A program made the position numbers and the translations under genes. 64,000 nucleotides of DNA, from positions 645,149 through 709,148 of the forward strand of contig JBFWOS010000002.1 in the NCBI GenBank assembly GCA_050250375.1, written 5' to 3'. Shown here one piece after another: positions 20,338 to 28,907 of the stretch (position 1 is its first letter; each line of letters starts with the position of its first letter). Source of the DNA: Candidatus Omnitrophota bacterium (GTDB taxonomy: Bacteria; Omnitrophota; Gorgyraeia; Zapsychrales; Zapsychraceae). The notes under the pieces were generated by a model. That model was given only the letters and a program-made list of their open reading frames with translations, was not told the origin of the DNA and did not search any database.

Positions 20338-20896
20338 CCGTGATTTCCGGGTTAAACTGATCCTTTAAAATATTTTCAATCGCTTTCATCGTCCCCATGG
20401 AAGAACTTGGGCATGATCCGCAGGCACCTTGATAAAAAACCCGCAATACATTATTTTCATAACTGGTCAGCTGGATGTCCCCGCCGTCCATCTGCAGGGC
20501 CGGGCGCACCGTCTGATCCAGGATCGAATTGATCTGCTCCATTTCCGGAGAACTCTGGGCGGGGGCTTTGGACTCCACCTTGTTTTCTTCCACCTGGAAT
20601 TCCGGATTGTGGTCTTTGGCTTTTTCCATGATCGTCGCCCGGATCTTTTCTTCAAGGTCATCCCAGTCGGCTGATCCGTCCTGGGTCACGGTGATATAAT
20701 TGTCGTAAAAATAGACTTCATTGATCGCGGGGCTTAATTCAAAAATGCCTTTGGCCAACGGGTTATGTTCACATGCCCCGTTTTTTTTATAGGTAAAATT
20801 CCCCTCTTTTTTAACCGGTATATTCAGGACGAATTTCAGGGCATTCGGGTTCGGGGTGCTTTGGATCATTAATCGGATGTCCATATTGATCTCCAT
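20315..20896 (-). CDS. nfuA: Nfu/NifU-like Fe-S cluster carrier (Nfu_N plus NifU C-terminal domain)
   Basis: N-terminal TPNPNALKF (Nfu_N) and C-terminal GACGSCPSS CxxC motif. Confidence 0.8.
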   Translation of the reverse strand: MEINMDIRLMIQSTPNPNALKFVLNIPVKKEGNFTYKKNGACEHNPLAKGIFELSPAINEVYFYDNYITVTQDGSADWDDLEEKIRATIMEKAKDHNPEFQVEENKVESKAPAQSSPEMEQINSILDQTVRPALQMDGGDIQLTSYENNVLRVFYQGACGSCPSSSMGTMKAIENILKDQFNPEITVELAEMY

Positions 20897-21020
20897 TGTT
20901 TTGATTGATTGCCAGAATAGTTCAGGCGGTCATATACTTCAAAAAATAACTTATTTCGGCTACTAATATTACATATAATAATAGATAAATCAAGGTTTTT
21001 TCCCAGGCATCCGGTGTTTT

Positions 21021-21117
21021 GTTTAAAGGTTTAAGGTGAAAGGTTTAAAGGGGATGATTCATATTACCTTTAACTTTAAACTTTAAACGTTAAACTTTAA
21101 ACGTTAAACCGTTAAGG
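21021..21117. repeat. Long imperfect hairpin built from iterated gtttaaag / aggtgaaagg words, with no ORF inside
   Basis: Left arm gtttaaaggtttaaggtgaaaggtttaaagggg, loop of about 13 nt, right arm cctttaactttaaactttaaacgttaaactttaaacgttaaaccgttaagg. Read directly from the sequence. Confidence 0.6.
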
Positions 21118-22306
21118 ATAGATATTGGCCGACAACCAGGTCCGCAAAGGCAAAACTGCAGGTAAACGCCGGTGACACGGCATTGAGGATATGCAGGCTT
21201 TGGCTGTCCCCTTCAATGATGAAATCACTGACCAGTTCACGGGTGGTCTGGTTGAGCAGCTGGGCCCGGATGCCGGGCTGGGTGTATTCGGTAAATCCGT
21301 CCGGGTCGATCGCCTCGACCATATCCGTGGCCAGGCTGATAAAATATTTTTTGTTATATTTGCGCAGTTCCTCAAACGCGAGATTCCGGAAACCGAACGA
21401 ATTATTCAGGAAAAGTTTGGACTCTTCAAAACCGATCCGCGTTAATTCATCCAGCCGGAACCGGCTTAATCCGGAATACTGTTCCTTCCAGAATGCCGGT
21501 ATCGCCGTCGGGCCGATCTTGATGTGTCCGTCCACCGTCTTGGTAAAATGCACACCCAGAAACGGGTTCTTCAGATTGGGAACCGGATAAATATTGACCT
21601 TCACATCCGTATCGTTTTTGGTGTATTTCAGGTACAATCCTTTAAAAGGGATAACGGTGTACTTCAGCCCAAAGCCGAAATCACGGGCGATTTTATCGGC
21701 GTAAAGTCCGGCGCAGTTGATGATCATTCCCGCTTCGAATTCCCCCCGGTCCGTGATCAGGGTGTTTTTGTTTCTAGACAAGTATTTGGTCTGATACGAA
21801 AATTCGACGCCCATCTGTTTGAGCTCTTCCACCAGGGTCCGGCAGACTTCCCTGGGATCAATCGAGGCGGTTTCCGGCGACCAGAGGGCTTTTTTAAATG
21901 TCTTGACGTTTGGGTCGATTTCTTTTGCGGCGCCTTCATCAATGATCCGGATATTCGATCCGTTGGCTTTCCCCCGCTGTTCCAGTTCAAAAAGGGTCTT
22001 GAGTTCCTCTTCATTTCTGGCCACAACCAGTTTCCCGCATTCATTGATCTTCAGGCCTTTTTCCCGGCAGTAGGCCTTCATCGCCTGGCTGCCGCTGACC
22101 GTCAATTTCGCCTTCAGGCTGTTGGCGGTGTAATAAAAGCCGGCATGCAAAACTCCGCTGTTGCGACTGGAAGCATGGAACGCTTCGTGGTATTCTTTAT
22201 CAAGGACCAAAACCCCGGCATCCGGCCGTTTGGATTTTATGGTCCTGGCCAGCGTCAATCCGATGATCCCGCTTCCGATGATGATATAATTGTATTTAGC
22301 TGACAT
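21104..22306 (-). CDS. FAD-dependent oxidoreductase, L-2-hydroxyglutarate oxidase (LhgO)-like
   Basis: N-terminal YIIIGSGIIGLTLA dinucleotide-binding motif. Length (400 aa) and fold match LhgO. Confidence 0.65.
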   Translation of the reverse strand: MSAKYNYIIIGSGIIGLTLARTIKSKRPDAGVLVLDKEYHEAFHASSRNSGVLHAGFYYTANSLKAKLTVSGSQAMKAYCREKGLKINECGKLVVARNEEELKTLFELEQRGKANGSNIRIIDEGAAKEIDPNVKTFKKALWSPETASIDPREVCRTLVEELKQMGVEFSYQTKYLSRNKNTLITDRGEFEAGMIINCAGLYADKIARDFGFGLKYTVIPFKGLYLKYTKNDTDVKVNIYPVPNLKNPFLGVHFTKTVDGHIKIGPTAIPAFWKEQYSGLSRFRLDELTRIGFEESKLFLNNSFGFRNLAFEELRKYNKKYFISLATDMVEAIDPDGFTEYTQPGIRAQLLNQTTRELVSDFIIEGDSQSLHILNAVSPAFTCSFAFADLVVGQYLSLTV

Positions 22307-22342
22307 TTTGTATTAAAATATTGAACAAAACAGGAGGCCTAA

Positions 22343-22582
22343 ATGCCTGAACCAGAAGTCCCCCAAAAGAAACCGTATGTGAAAGAAATGGACGCCGGAA
22401 AATACGCCTGGTGTGCCTGCGGCAAATCGGCGAATCAGCCTTTCTGCGACGGATCACACCGCGGCTCAGGATTTTCTCCGGTGATTGTCGAGATCACCGA
22501 GAAAAAGACGGTCGCCTGGTGCGGCTGTAAACATTCCCATAACAAACCGTTTTGTGACGGTACTCACAAAGAACTGACCTGA
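22343..22582 (+). CDS. CDGSH iron-sulfur domain protein (two CDGSH motifs)
   Basis: CACGKSANQPFCDGSH and CGCKHSHNKPFCDGTH. Confidence 0.85.
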   Translation: MPEPEVPQKKPYVKEMDAGKYAWCACGKSANQPFCDGSHRGSGFSPVIVEITEKKTVAWCGCKHSHNKPFCDGTHKELT

Positions 22583-22830
22583 TGGCCAAGAAAAAATTCA
22601 CCAACGCCCAAAACGCCCCGTTTGTCCTCACCATGAAACCCGGAAAATACGCCTGGTGTTCATGCGGTGAATCAAAAAAACAGCCGTTTTGCGACGGCAC
22701 ACATGAAGAAACCGGTATGTATCCGGTCAGGGTCCACATCACCGAAGAAAAACAGGTGGCCTGGTGCGGGTGTAAATCGACTCAAAATCCGCCGTATTGT
22801 GACGGAACGCATAAAAAATTTATACAGTGA
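22582..22830 (+). CDS. CDGSH iron-sulfur domain protein, tandem paralog
   Basis: CSCGESKKQPFCDGTH and CGCKSTQNPPYCDGTH. Its start overlaps the previous stop (ATGA-type junction). Confidence 0.85.
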   Translation: MAKKKFTNAQNAPFVLTMKPGKYAWCSCGESKKQPFCDGTHEETGMYPVRVHITEEKQVAWCGCKSTQNPPYCDGTHKKFIQ

Positions 22831-22856
22831 TCAGTGGTGTGTGATCAGTGATCAGA
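22826..22856. repeat. Left inverted-repeat arm of four-helix-bundle cassette 2
   Basis: cagtgatcagtggtgtgtgatcagtgatcag matches the reverse complement of 23262-23292 at about 27 of 31 positions. It begins at the CDGSH stop codon. Confidence 0.7.
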
Positions 22857-22859
22857 AAT

Positions 22860-23213
22860 TTAATTCAGTTTAACTCTCAGGCCATTCAACATCCGGCCAA
22901 CTTCGTCCGCAATTTTATACAACGATTCGTAATCATTTGTAGGCAGATATTTCAAATCGTGACTGAGAATGAGGTGATATTTTGTTTCTTCCAAGGAGCC
23001 ATGGGCGATTTGTAAGAATCTTACAAAATCTTTCGTTGGTTTTTTTTGCCCTTCAGCTATATTGGCGCACACAGATACAGCGGACCGTCTGAGTTGACTG
23101 ACCAATCCATAAATCTCAAAAGTTGGATATCTTCGGGTGACTGTATAAATTTTTAATGTCAGTGAATGAGCTTTTTTCCAAACATTTAAATCTTGAAAAC
23201 TTTGAATCGACAT
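22860..23213 (-). CDS. Four-helix-bundle protein (23S rRNA IVS protein / Avd family), paralog of 19529-19882
   Basis: MSIQSFQDLNVWKKAH...SVCANIAEG...GSLEETKYHLILS. The ORF track extends to 23294, but that N-terminal extension is just translation of the flanking repeat. Confidence 0.8.
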   Translation of the reverse strand: MSIQSFQDLNVWKKAHSLTLKIYTVTRRYPTFEIYGLVSQLRRSAVSVCANIAEGQKKPTKDFVRFLQIAHGSLEETKYHLILSHDLKYLPTNDYESLYKIADEVGRMLNGLRVKLN

Positions 23214-23261
23214 AATTCCCCCTTTGTTATTTAAAAAGGGGGCTTTCGAGTTTTTTTCTTT

Positions 23262-23292
23262 CTGATCACTGATCCCTGACCACTGATCACTC
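23262..23292. repeat. Right inverted-repeat arm of four-helix-bundle cassette 2
   Basis: ctgatcactgatccctgaccactgatcactc. Confidence 0.7.
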
Positions 23293-23294
23293 AA

Positions 23295-23888
23295 TCATTT
23301 TTTCTCTAGCAAGTACAATCCCTGCGTCGCGAAAAGGTTGCGCATATACGGGATCCGTTTGACGCCGTTGATCGCGTTTTCCCGGATGATCGTGATGGAA
23401 TGGTCCCGGCAGAAAACACGGAAATCTTTCAGGCTCAAAAACCGCAGGTTCGGGGTGTCGTACCATTCGTACGGCAGGCCTTTGGTCAGCGGGACCCGGC
23501 CTCCGAAAAAGACCTGCAGACGTGACCGGCTGTAGCAGAAATTCGGAATCCCGACGATAACTTTCTTCCCGACCCGCAGCGCTTCAAGGATTACTTTTTT
23601 GGGATACAGGACTTCCTGGAGACTCTCATTCAGGATGACAAAATCAAACCGTTTGCTGGAATAATCTTCGAGGCCGGTGTCGATATCCCCGTGGGAGACG
23701 CTGACGCCCTTGGCCATGGATTCATAGATCGCCTGTTCATTGATTTCAATCCCGGAAACGTGGCAATGTTTTTCGGTTTTCAGCAGGGCCAGCAAGGACC
23801 CGTCGCCGCAGCCCAGGTCAAGGACCTTGGCCCCTTCCGCGATCATTTCAAGGATGATTTGGTGGTCTAAACGCATCTTATTTTTCAA
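23295..23888 (-). CDS. metW: Methionine biosynthesis protein MetW
   Basis: SAM-methyltransferase-like [11 protein letters not shown] motif. Overlaps metX in the conserved metXW arrangement. Confidence 0.85.
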   Translation of the reverse strand: MKNKMRLDHQIILEMIAEGAKVLDLGCGDGSLLALLKTEKHCHVSGIEINEQAIYESMAKGVSVSHGDIDTGLEDYSSKRFDFVILNESLQEVLYPKKVILEALRVGKKVIVGIPNFCYSRSRLQVFFGGRVPLTKGLPYEWYDTPNLRFLSLKDFRVFCRDHSITIIRENAINGVKRIPYMRNLFATQGLYLLEKK

Positions 23889-24999
23889 ACCTCTGCAAGA
23901 AATGGGAGACCAGCTTTGACTGGTTTTCGACCTCGACCAAAAACGCGTCGTGGCCGTAACTGGATTCGATCAGGATCGCCGAGACGTCCAGGTCATTGGC
24001 CTTGAGCGCCTTGACCATCTCTTTGGACTGGTACGGCGGATACAGCCAGTCGGAACTGAACGAGATGACCAGAAACGGGCATTTGGCCGGTTTAAACGCC
24101 GACGTGACATCCCCCTTCTCTTCTGTTATATCAAAATAATCCAGCGCCTTGGACAGGTAAAGGTACGAGTTCGCGTCAAACCGCTGGACAAAACTTTCCC
24201 CGCGGTAGTTCAGGTAACTTTCCACTTCAAAGTCGGTCGAGAAATCATAACCCAGGCGTTCTTTTTTCATCAGCTTGCGGCCGAATTTTTCGTCCATGGA
24301 TTTTTCGCTCATATAAGTGATGTGGCCGATCATCCGGGCGACGGCCATGCCGCGCGCCGGGATGCTCTTGCCGTAATAGTCGCCGCCGTCCCAGTCCGGA
24401 TCACTCATGATCGCCCGGCGGGCCACCTCATGCAAGGCGATCTGCTGGGCGGTATGCCGGGTGTTGGTGGCGATGGCAATGCAGGAATCAACCGCGTCCG
24501 GATACATGATCGACCATTTCAGGGCGAGTAATCCGCCCATCGATCCTCCGGCGATGCTCATCAATCGTTTGATCCCAAGATGGTCGATCAGTTTTTTCTG
24601 GACCGCGCACATATCTTCCACCGTGACGACCGGAAAACTCAGTCCGTAAGGACGTCCGGTTTTGGGGTTGGTCGAGGCCGGTCCGGTGCTTCCCTTACAT
24701 CCGCCGATCACGTTCGCGCAGATCACATAATATTTATCGGTGTCAAACGCCTTGCCCGGTCCGATCATGGTGTCCCACCAGCCGGGTTTGTCATCCCCGG
24801 GATGAAAACCGGCGGCATGGGCGTCCGATGTCAGCGAATGGAAGACCAGGATCGCGTTGCTTTTACGGTCGTTGAGTGACCCGTACGTCTCGTAGGCCAC
24901 AGTAATCGGTCCGAGTTTTTCCCCGCTTTTGAGCTTGAGCTCATCCGGCGGTTCGCAAAACGTCACAAATTTTGTCTCGATAATTCCCAGGTCAGGCAT
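23878..24999 (-). CDS. metX: Homoserine O-acetyltransferase
   Basis: Alpha/beta hydrolase with GGSMGG nucleophile elbow and the MetX-length N-terminal domain. Confidence 0.9.
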   Translation of the reverse strand: MPDLGIIETKFVTFCEPPDELKLKSGEKLGPITVAYETYGSLNDRKSNAILVFHSLTSDAHAAGFHPGDDKPGWWDTMIGPGKAFDTDKYYVICANVIGGCKGSTGPASTNPKTGRPYGLSFPVVTVEDMCAVQKKLIDHLGIKRLMSIAGGSMGGLLALKWSIMYPDAVDSCIAIATNTRHTAQQIALHEVARRAIMSDPDWDGGDYYGKSIPARGMAVARMIGHITYMSEKSMDEKFGRKLMKKERLGYDFSTDFEVESYLNYRGESFVQRFDANSYLYLSKALDYFDITEEKGDVTSAFKPAKCPFLVISFSSDWLYPPYQSKEMVKALKANDLDVSAILIESSYGHDAFLVEVENQSKLVSHFLQRFEK

Positions 25000-25220
25000 A
25001 ATAAAACGCTTTATGTTAACAGGTTAGAAATATTATGAATGTTAGCACAGGCGGGTTGGCGTGTAAAGCCTGGAATTGATTAGCTGATAAGTGCTTTTAG
25101 GGTGATCAGCAAACGAATACAGAAGAAAAAGATACAAGAGACAAAGGGATTTTTTTGTATCTTGTTACTTGTCTCTTGGGATTTTCTGAGAGGGATTTTT
25201 TCAGATCTTGCGCACTCATT

Positions 25221-25249
25221 CCGATCACTGACCACTGATCCCTGATCAC
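25221..25249. repeat. Solo copy of the gatcactg-word repeat, next to the nadA stop
   Basis: ccgatcactgaccactgatccctgatcac uses the same words as the cassette 2 arms. Weak gataagtg and gtgatcag words also occur at 25084-25112. Confidence 0.55.
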
Positions 25250-25251
25250 TT

Positions 25252-26292
25252 TTATGCAGATTTTTTATTGTATTTAAACATCGCCTCAATACACGCGCGG
25301 GCGCGGTCAATGATCTGCGGGTCGATCTTCACCCGGTCACGGTCGGTCGGCTGGGTGAGCACCCGTTTGATATCTTCCAGCGAATTGGATTTCATATATT
25401 TGCACAGGGTGCAGGAGCCTACCAGTTTTTTTTGCGGGAGCTCCACCTGCAGGCGTCCGGCCAGCCCGCATTCGGTCAGCATCAGGAATTCCTTGTCCCG
25501 GGAGGATTTCATGTAATCCAGCAGTTCCGCCGTGCTCCCGACAAAATCAGAATTTTCCACCACCTCCGCGTTGCATTCCGGGTGGCTGATGATCTTCGCC
25601 TTCGGATATTCGGTCTTGACCTTGAAGATCTGTTCGGCCCCGTATTCCTCGTGCACATAACAGGTCCCGTTCCAGTACTGAATATCTTTTTTGACCCCGC
25701 GTTTGGCCAGTTCATTTTTCAGGTTGATCCCCATCAGCTTGTCGGGGAGAAAATAAATCTTGTCGTTGGGGATATTGGTGCAGATCGTATACACATTGGA
25801 CGACGTCACGCAGACATCGCATTCGGCCTTGACCGCGGCCGTTGTGTTGATGTAACAGACAAAGGTATAATCGGGGAATTGTTTACGCAGTTCACGCACC
25901 TGGTCGGCGGTAATCGAATCGGCCAAAGTACAGCCGTCTTCCAGCCCCGGGATCAGGACCTCTTTCTGCGGGCTGAGGATCTTGGCCGTGTCGCCCATAA
26001 ACCGCACCGCGGCGAACACGATCGTGGTCGCGTCGGTCTCCATTGCGTTTTTGCTCAGGATATACGAATCGCCGACATAATCCCCCACCCCGTAAATGAT
26101 CTCCGGCGTCACGTACGAATGCACGAGGATACAGGCGTTGCGCTGCTTTTTAAGGAAATTGATCTCATTGATCAAAGGCACCAGTTCCGCGCATTTCTGC
26201 AGGGAATACTGGCACACCTGTCCGCCCATCTTGACATCTTTCAGCAAATCATACAACTTGTCGGCGGTCATGACCGTGTCATGGGTTAACAT
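25252..26292 (-). CDS. nadA: Quinolinate synthase
   Basis: NadA blocks ILVHSY, VCYINTT and ISHPEC. Confidence 0.88.
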   Translation of the reverse strand: MLTHDTVMTADKLYDLLKDVKMGGQVCQYSLQKCAELVPLINEINFLKKQRNACILVHSYVTPEIIYGVGDYVGDSYILSKNAMETDATTIVFAAVRFMGDTAKILSPQKEVLIPGLEDGCTLADSITADQVRELRKQFPDYTFVCYINTTAAVKAECDVCVTSSNVYTICTNIPNDKIYFLPDKLMGINLKNELAKRGVKKDIQYWNGTCYVHEEYGAEQIFKVKTEYPKAKIISHPECNAEVVENSDFVGSTAELLDYMKSSRDKEFLMLTECGLAGRLQVELPQKKLVGSCTLCKYMKSNSLEDIKRVLTQPTDRDRVKIDPQIIDRARACIEAMFKYNKKSA

Positions 26293-27671
26293 GCGGCAAC
26301 CCTTCCTTTTAATACGTTCGGGCTGGCCCCGGTGATCTCCACCCGGACCAGGTCCCCGGTTTTGTATTGGCCGGTCTTGGCGATGATGACGCTTTTATTG
26401 CTGTCCGCCTTTCCGAAATAGGCGTCTTTGGTGCGGTTGGCCTCTTCCGCCTCGATCATCACCGGTTCGACGCGTCCGATATGGTCCCGGTATTTTTTGT
26501 AAGAAATTTCTTTTTGTAATTCATTTAACCCGACGATGCGTTCGGTCTTGATAAAATCCGGAACGTCGTCTTCAAATTTGCGCGACGCGATGGTCTGTTT
26601 GCGCTGGGAATATTTAAACATGAACGCGGAATCAAATTCAACCTTTTTCATCACATCCAGCGTGTCCCGGTGGTCCGCGTCCGTTTCGGTGCAGAAGCCG
26701 ACAATCACGTCCGTGGAGAACGCGATGCCCGGGATCTTCGCACGGATCTTGTCCACAAGCCTTAAAAATTCATCCTTGGTGTACGTGCGGTTCATCATTT
26801 CGAGGATCCGGTCACTGCCTGACTGCAGGGGCAAATGGATCTGTTTGCAGATTTTGGGGTTGTTCGCCATGATGTCCAGGAACTTGTCCGGGAAATCTTT
26901 CGGATGCGGGGATGTGAAACGGATGCGTTCAATCCCGTTGACCTTAGCCACCGCTTCCATGAGATCGGCAAAATCATGTTCTTCGTGACGGTATGAATTG
27001 ACATTCTGGCCCAGCAGGGTGATCTGTTTGAACCCGTCATCGGCCAGGCGTTTGGCCTCATCCACGACATTCGCCAGCGAACGGCTGCGTTCACGCCCGC
27101 GGGTGTACGGCACGACACAGAACGTGCAGAAATTATTGCACCCGCGCATGACCGCGATCCAGGCGTTGATGCCTTTTTCACGTTGCGGATAAACGTCACT
27201 GTACGTCTCGAATTCGGATAACGTCACATCGAAAGGTTTACCTGTAGGGGCGGGTTTTAAACCCGTCCCTACGGCATCATTATCTTCACCGGCAAACGAT
27301 TCCGCAATTAATTGCGGAAGCCTTTTGTAACTATCCGGCCCGGCGATAAAATCAATATTGATATTGCGGTTTTCCAGCAATTCCGTGCGCAGGTTGGTCG
27401 CCATACAGCCCAGGATCCCGATCTTGAAAGGTTTGTCGCGTTTTTCGGGTTCTTTTATTTCATGGCGTTTGTGTTTGATCTCATGGATACGGCCGTAAAT
27501 CTTGCGGTGCGCGTGTTCCCGGATCGCGCAGGTGTTGAGCATAATCACATCCGCCTCCAGTTCATCCGGCGTGAACGAATAATTCTCCTTCGCAAGAATA
27601 GCCTTCACCAGTTCGGTGTCGTATTCGTTCATTTGGCAGCCATAGGTTTCAACAAAAACCTTCTTCATCAT
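26286..27671 (-). CDS. miaB: MiaB-family tRNA methylthiotransferase; start at MMKKVFVETYGCQMN
   Basis: MTTase N-terminus ETYGCQMNEYD, radical-SAM CNNFCTFCVVP and C-terminal TRAM. A GGAGGA Shine-Dalgarno sequence lies 6 nt upstream of the ATG at 27671. The ORF track's longer frame to 27728 reads through the leader. Confidence 0.85.
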   Translation of the reverse strand: MMKKVFVETYGCQMNEYDTELVKAILAKENYSFTPDELEADVIMLNTCAIREHAHRKIYGRIHEIKHKRHEIKEPEKRDKPFKIGILGCMATNLRTELLENRNINIDFIAGPDSYKRLPQLIAESFAGEDNDAVGTGLKPAPTGKPFDVTLSEFETYSDVYPQREKGINAWIAVMRGCNNFCTFCVVPYTRGRERSRSLANVVDEAKRLADDGFKQITLLGQNVNSYRHEEHDFADLMEAVAKVNGIERIRFTSPHPKDFPDKFLDIMANNPKICKQIHLPLQSGSDRILEMMNRTYTKDEFLRLVDKIRAKIPGIAFSTDVIVGFCTETDADHRDTLDVMKKVEFDSAFMFKYSQRKQTIASRKFEDDVPDFIKTERIVGLNELQKEISYKKYRDHIGRVEPVMIEAEEANRTKDAYFGKADSNKSVIIAKTGQYKTGDLVRVEITGASPNVLKGRVAAC

Positions 27672-27698
27672 TTCCTCCAGGGTTTTTGTTGAAACCGG

Positions 27699-27733
27699 GG
27701 TCGATGCGACGATGCATCTGCGGCGCATCGACC
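27699..27733 (-). promoter_or_regulatory. 5'-leader stem-loop upstream of miaB
   Basis: ggtcgatgcg-N15-cgcatcgacc, a 10 bp stem. The loop contains the palindrome gatgcatc. Confidence 0.4.
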
Positions 27734-27811
27734 GGAAAAATAGCGGTCGTTGAAGTGAATAGTAATCGAATGTGTGTTCATAAAAGTCATAGAAGAATCC
27801 ATTTGATGGAT

Positions 27812-27930
27812 CTTATTAAACCGCAATTATACACCTTATCAGATATTCACGCAAGGCGGGTTTTGGAAGGAACGAGACAACCGTTCTTTTAGTGGAAAAA
27901 GGCTGGAAACCATCGCTTTAGGAGAAACGA
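27812..27930 (+). repeat. Intergenic direct repeat copy 1 (family of four)
   Basis: cttattaaaccgcaattatacaccttatcagatattcacgcaaggcgggttttggaagga...ttttagtggaaa.aggctggaaa...ttaggagaaacg. Aligned by eye to the copies at 31063, 37809 and 44869. Confidence 0.85.
27826..27854 (-). promoter_or_regulatory. Sigma70-like promoter inside repeat copy 1, reading toward miaB
   Basis: The minus strand reads TTGCGT-N17-TATAAT. The plus strand has acgcaa at 27849-27854 and attata at 27826-27831. Confidence 0.5.
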
Positions 27931-28396
27931 CTATTTTTCCAAAGTCTGAATGCAAACTTTTTTATTTGCGGAAGTTATCATATTTCAATTTTCAAAGTTA
28001 TTAAACGTAATTCAGGATATTGAAAACGGCACATCGACAATTAACATTTTTTTCCATTTGGCATAAGCTTTTTTATCAAAAGCATTATTCAAATTAAATT
28101 GAACGAATTGAAGATACTCATCCATGGAAAGCACGTGTTTTTCCTGTTTTGTTCCTTTGATAACCGGTAATTTGAAGTCGTCCACTATAGCGCCTCCAGA
28201 ATTTTATTATAAATTTCCTCTGTTCCGAATTTCAGGCATAATTCTTTAAATTTTTTATCCTTGAAATTAATATTATTGATTCTGATCAAATTAATAACAT
28301 CCGGTAAATCTTTGGTTAACCGTAATTTCGACCGAAGATCCGATAGCCATGAGTTTCTATGAAAACGAGCTTCTTATTTTGTTTTATATCAATCAC

Positions 28397-28825
28397 TTAT
28401 AATTCCGTCCTTTTGGTGTTCATCGGTTCATCTGCAGATGAAGGAGTACGAGTAATACGTAGCCAAATTAGTTTTCCAGAATATTTATCGCTGCCTAGTT
28501 CTTTCCTGAGCGATTTGCGCAACTCTGTTAGTAGAGCATCAAGATCAGCAGACTTTTGTGATACAAGTTCATTTACAAGTTTTTGTACAGAAACTATTTG
28601 TTTTTTATTCCCAAAAAGCTGAATATCTGAAACTGCCTGTTCAACATCATCTGCAACTTCATATATCCTTGGATGATGATTTGCCTTTGCAAGAGAACGG
28701 AAAACATCGACTAAATATTTTATTCTTTGTTCTCGTCGTTTATTTTCCCGATCACGCCATGCGGCAAACTGGTGTGAACACACAAGTGTTATTAAAGCTA
28801 CTACAATTGCCGGAATAGAAGTCAT
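28397..28825 (-). CDS. Hypothetical membrane-anchored protein
   Basis: 142 aa with one N-terminal transmembrane helix. No recognisable domain. Confidence 0.4.
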   Translation of the reverse strand: MTSIPAIVVALITLVCSHQFAAWRDRENKRREQRIKYLVDVFRSLAKANHHPRIYEVADDVEQAVSDIQLFGNKKQIVSVQKLVNELVSQKSADLDALLTELRKSLRKELGSDKYSGKLIWLRITRTPSSADEPMNTKRTEL

Positions 28826-28907
28826 GTTGATGTCTTGTCCAATGTTCTGTTTAATTAACTAATTTTTAAGAAAAGCATAACGGATTTTTAGCTCGACATT
28901 TTCTAAA

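Noticed and set aside
19529-23213. Diversity-generating retroelement, since Avd-family genes are present
   Set aside because: There is no reverse transcriptase ORF and no template/variable repeat pair within reach. The flanking repeats are inverted simple words, not the direct near-identical repeats of a DGR.
19487-25249. CRISPR array from the iterated gataag / gatcag words
   Set aside because: The units are 6-8 nt words without spacers, arranged as inverted arms. There are no regularly spaced 25-40 nt repeats and no cas genes.
25080-25310. 76 aa ORF downstream of nadA
   Set aside because: It overlaps the solo repeat and hairpin region and has no resemblance to the four-helix-bundle proteins. 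Probably non-coding remnant sequence.
27686-27892. ORFs 27686-27892 and 37672-37896, which translate the repeat as ...QLYTLSDIHARRVLEG...
   Set aside because: The frame is not conserved in copies 2 and 4. The ORFs run through the miaB leader and promoter. This is better explained as a non-coding repeat.
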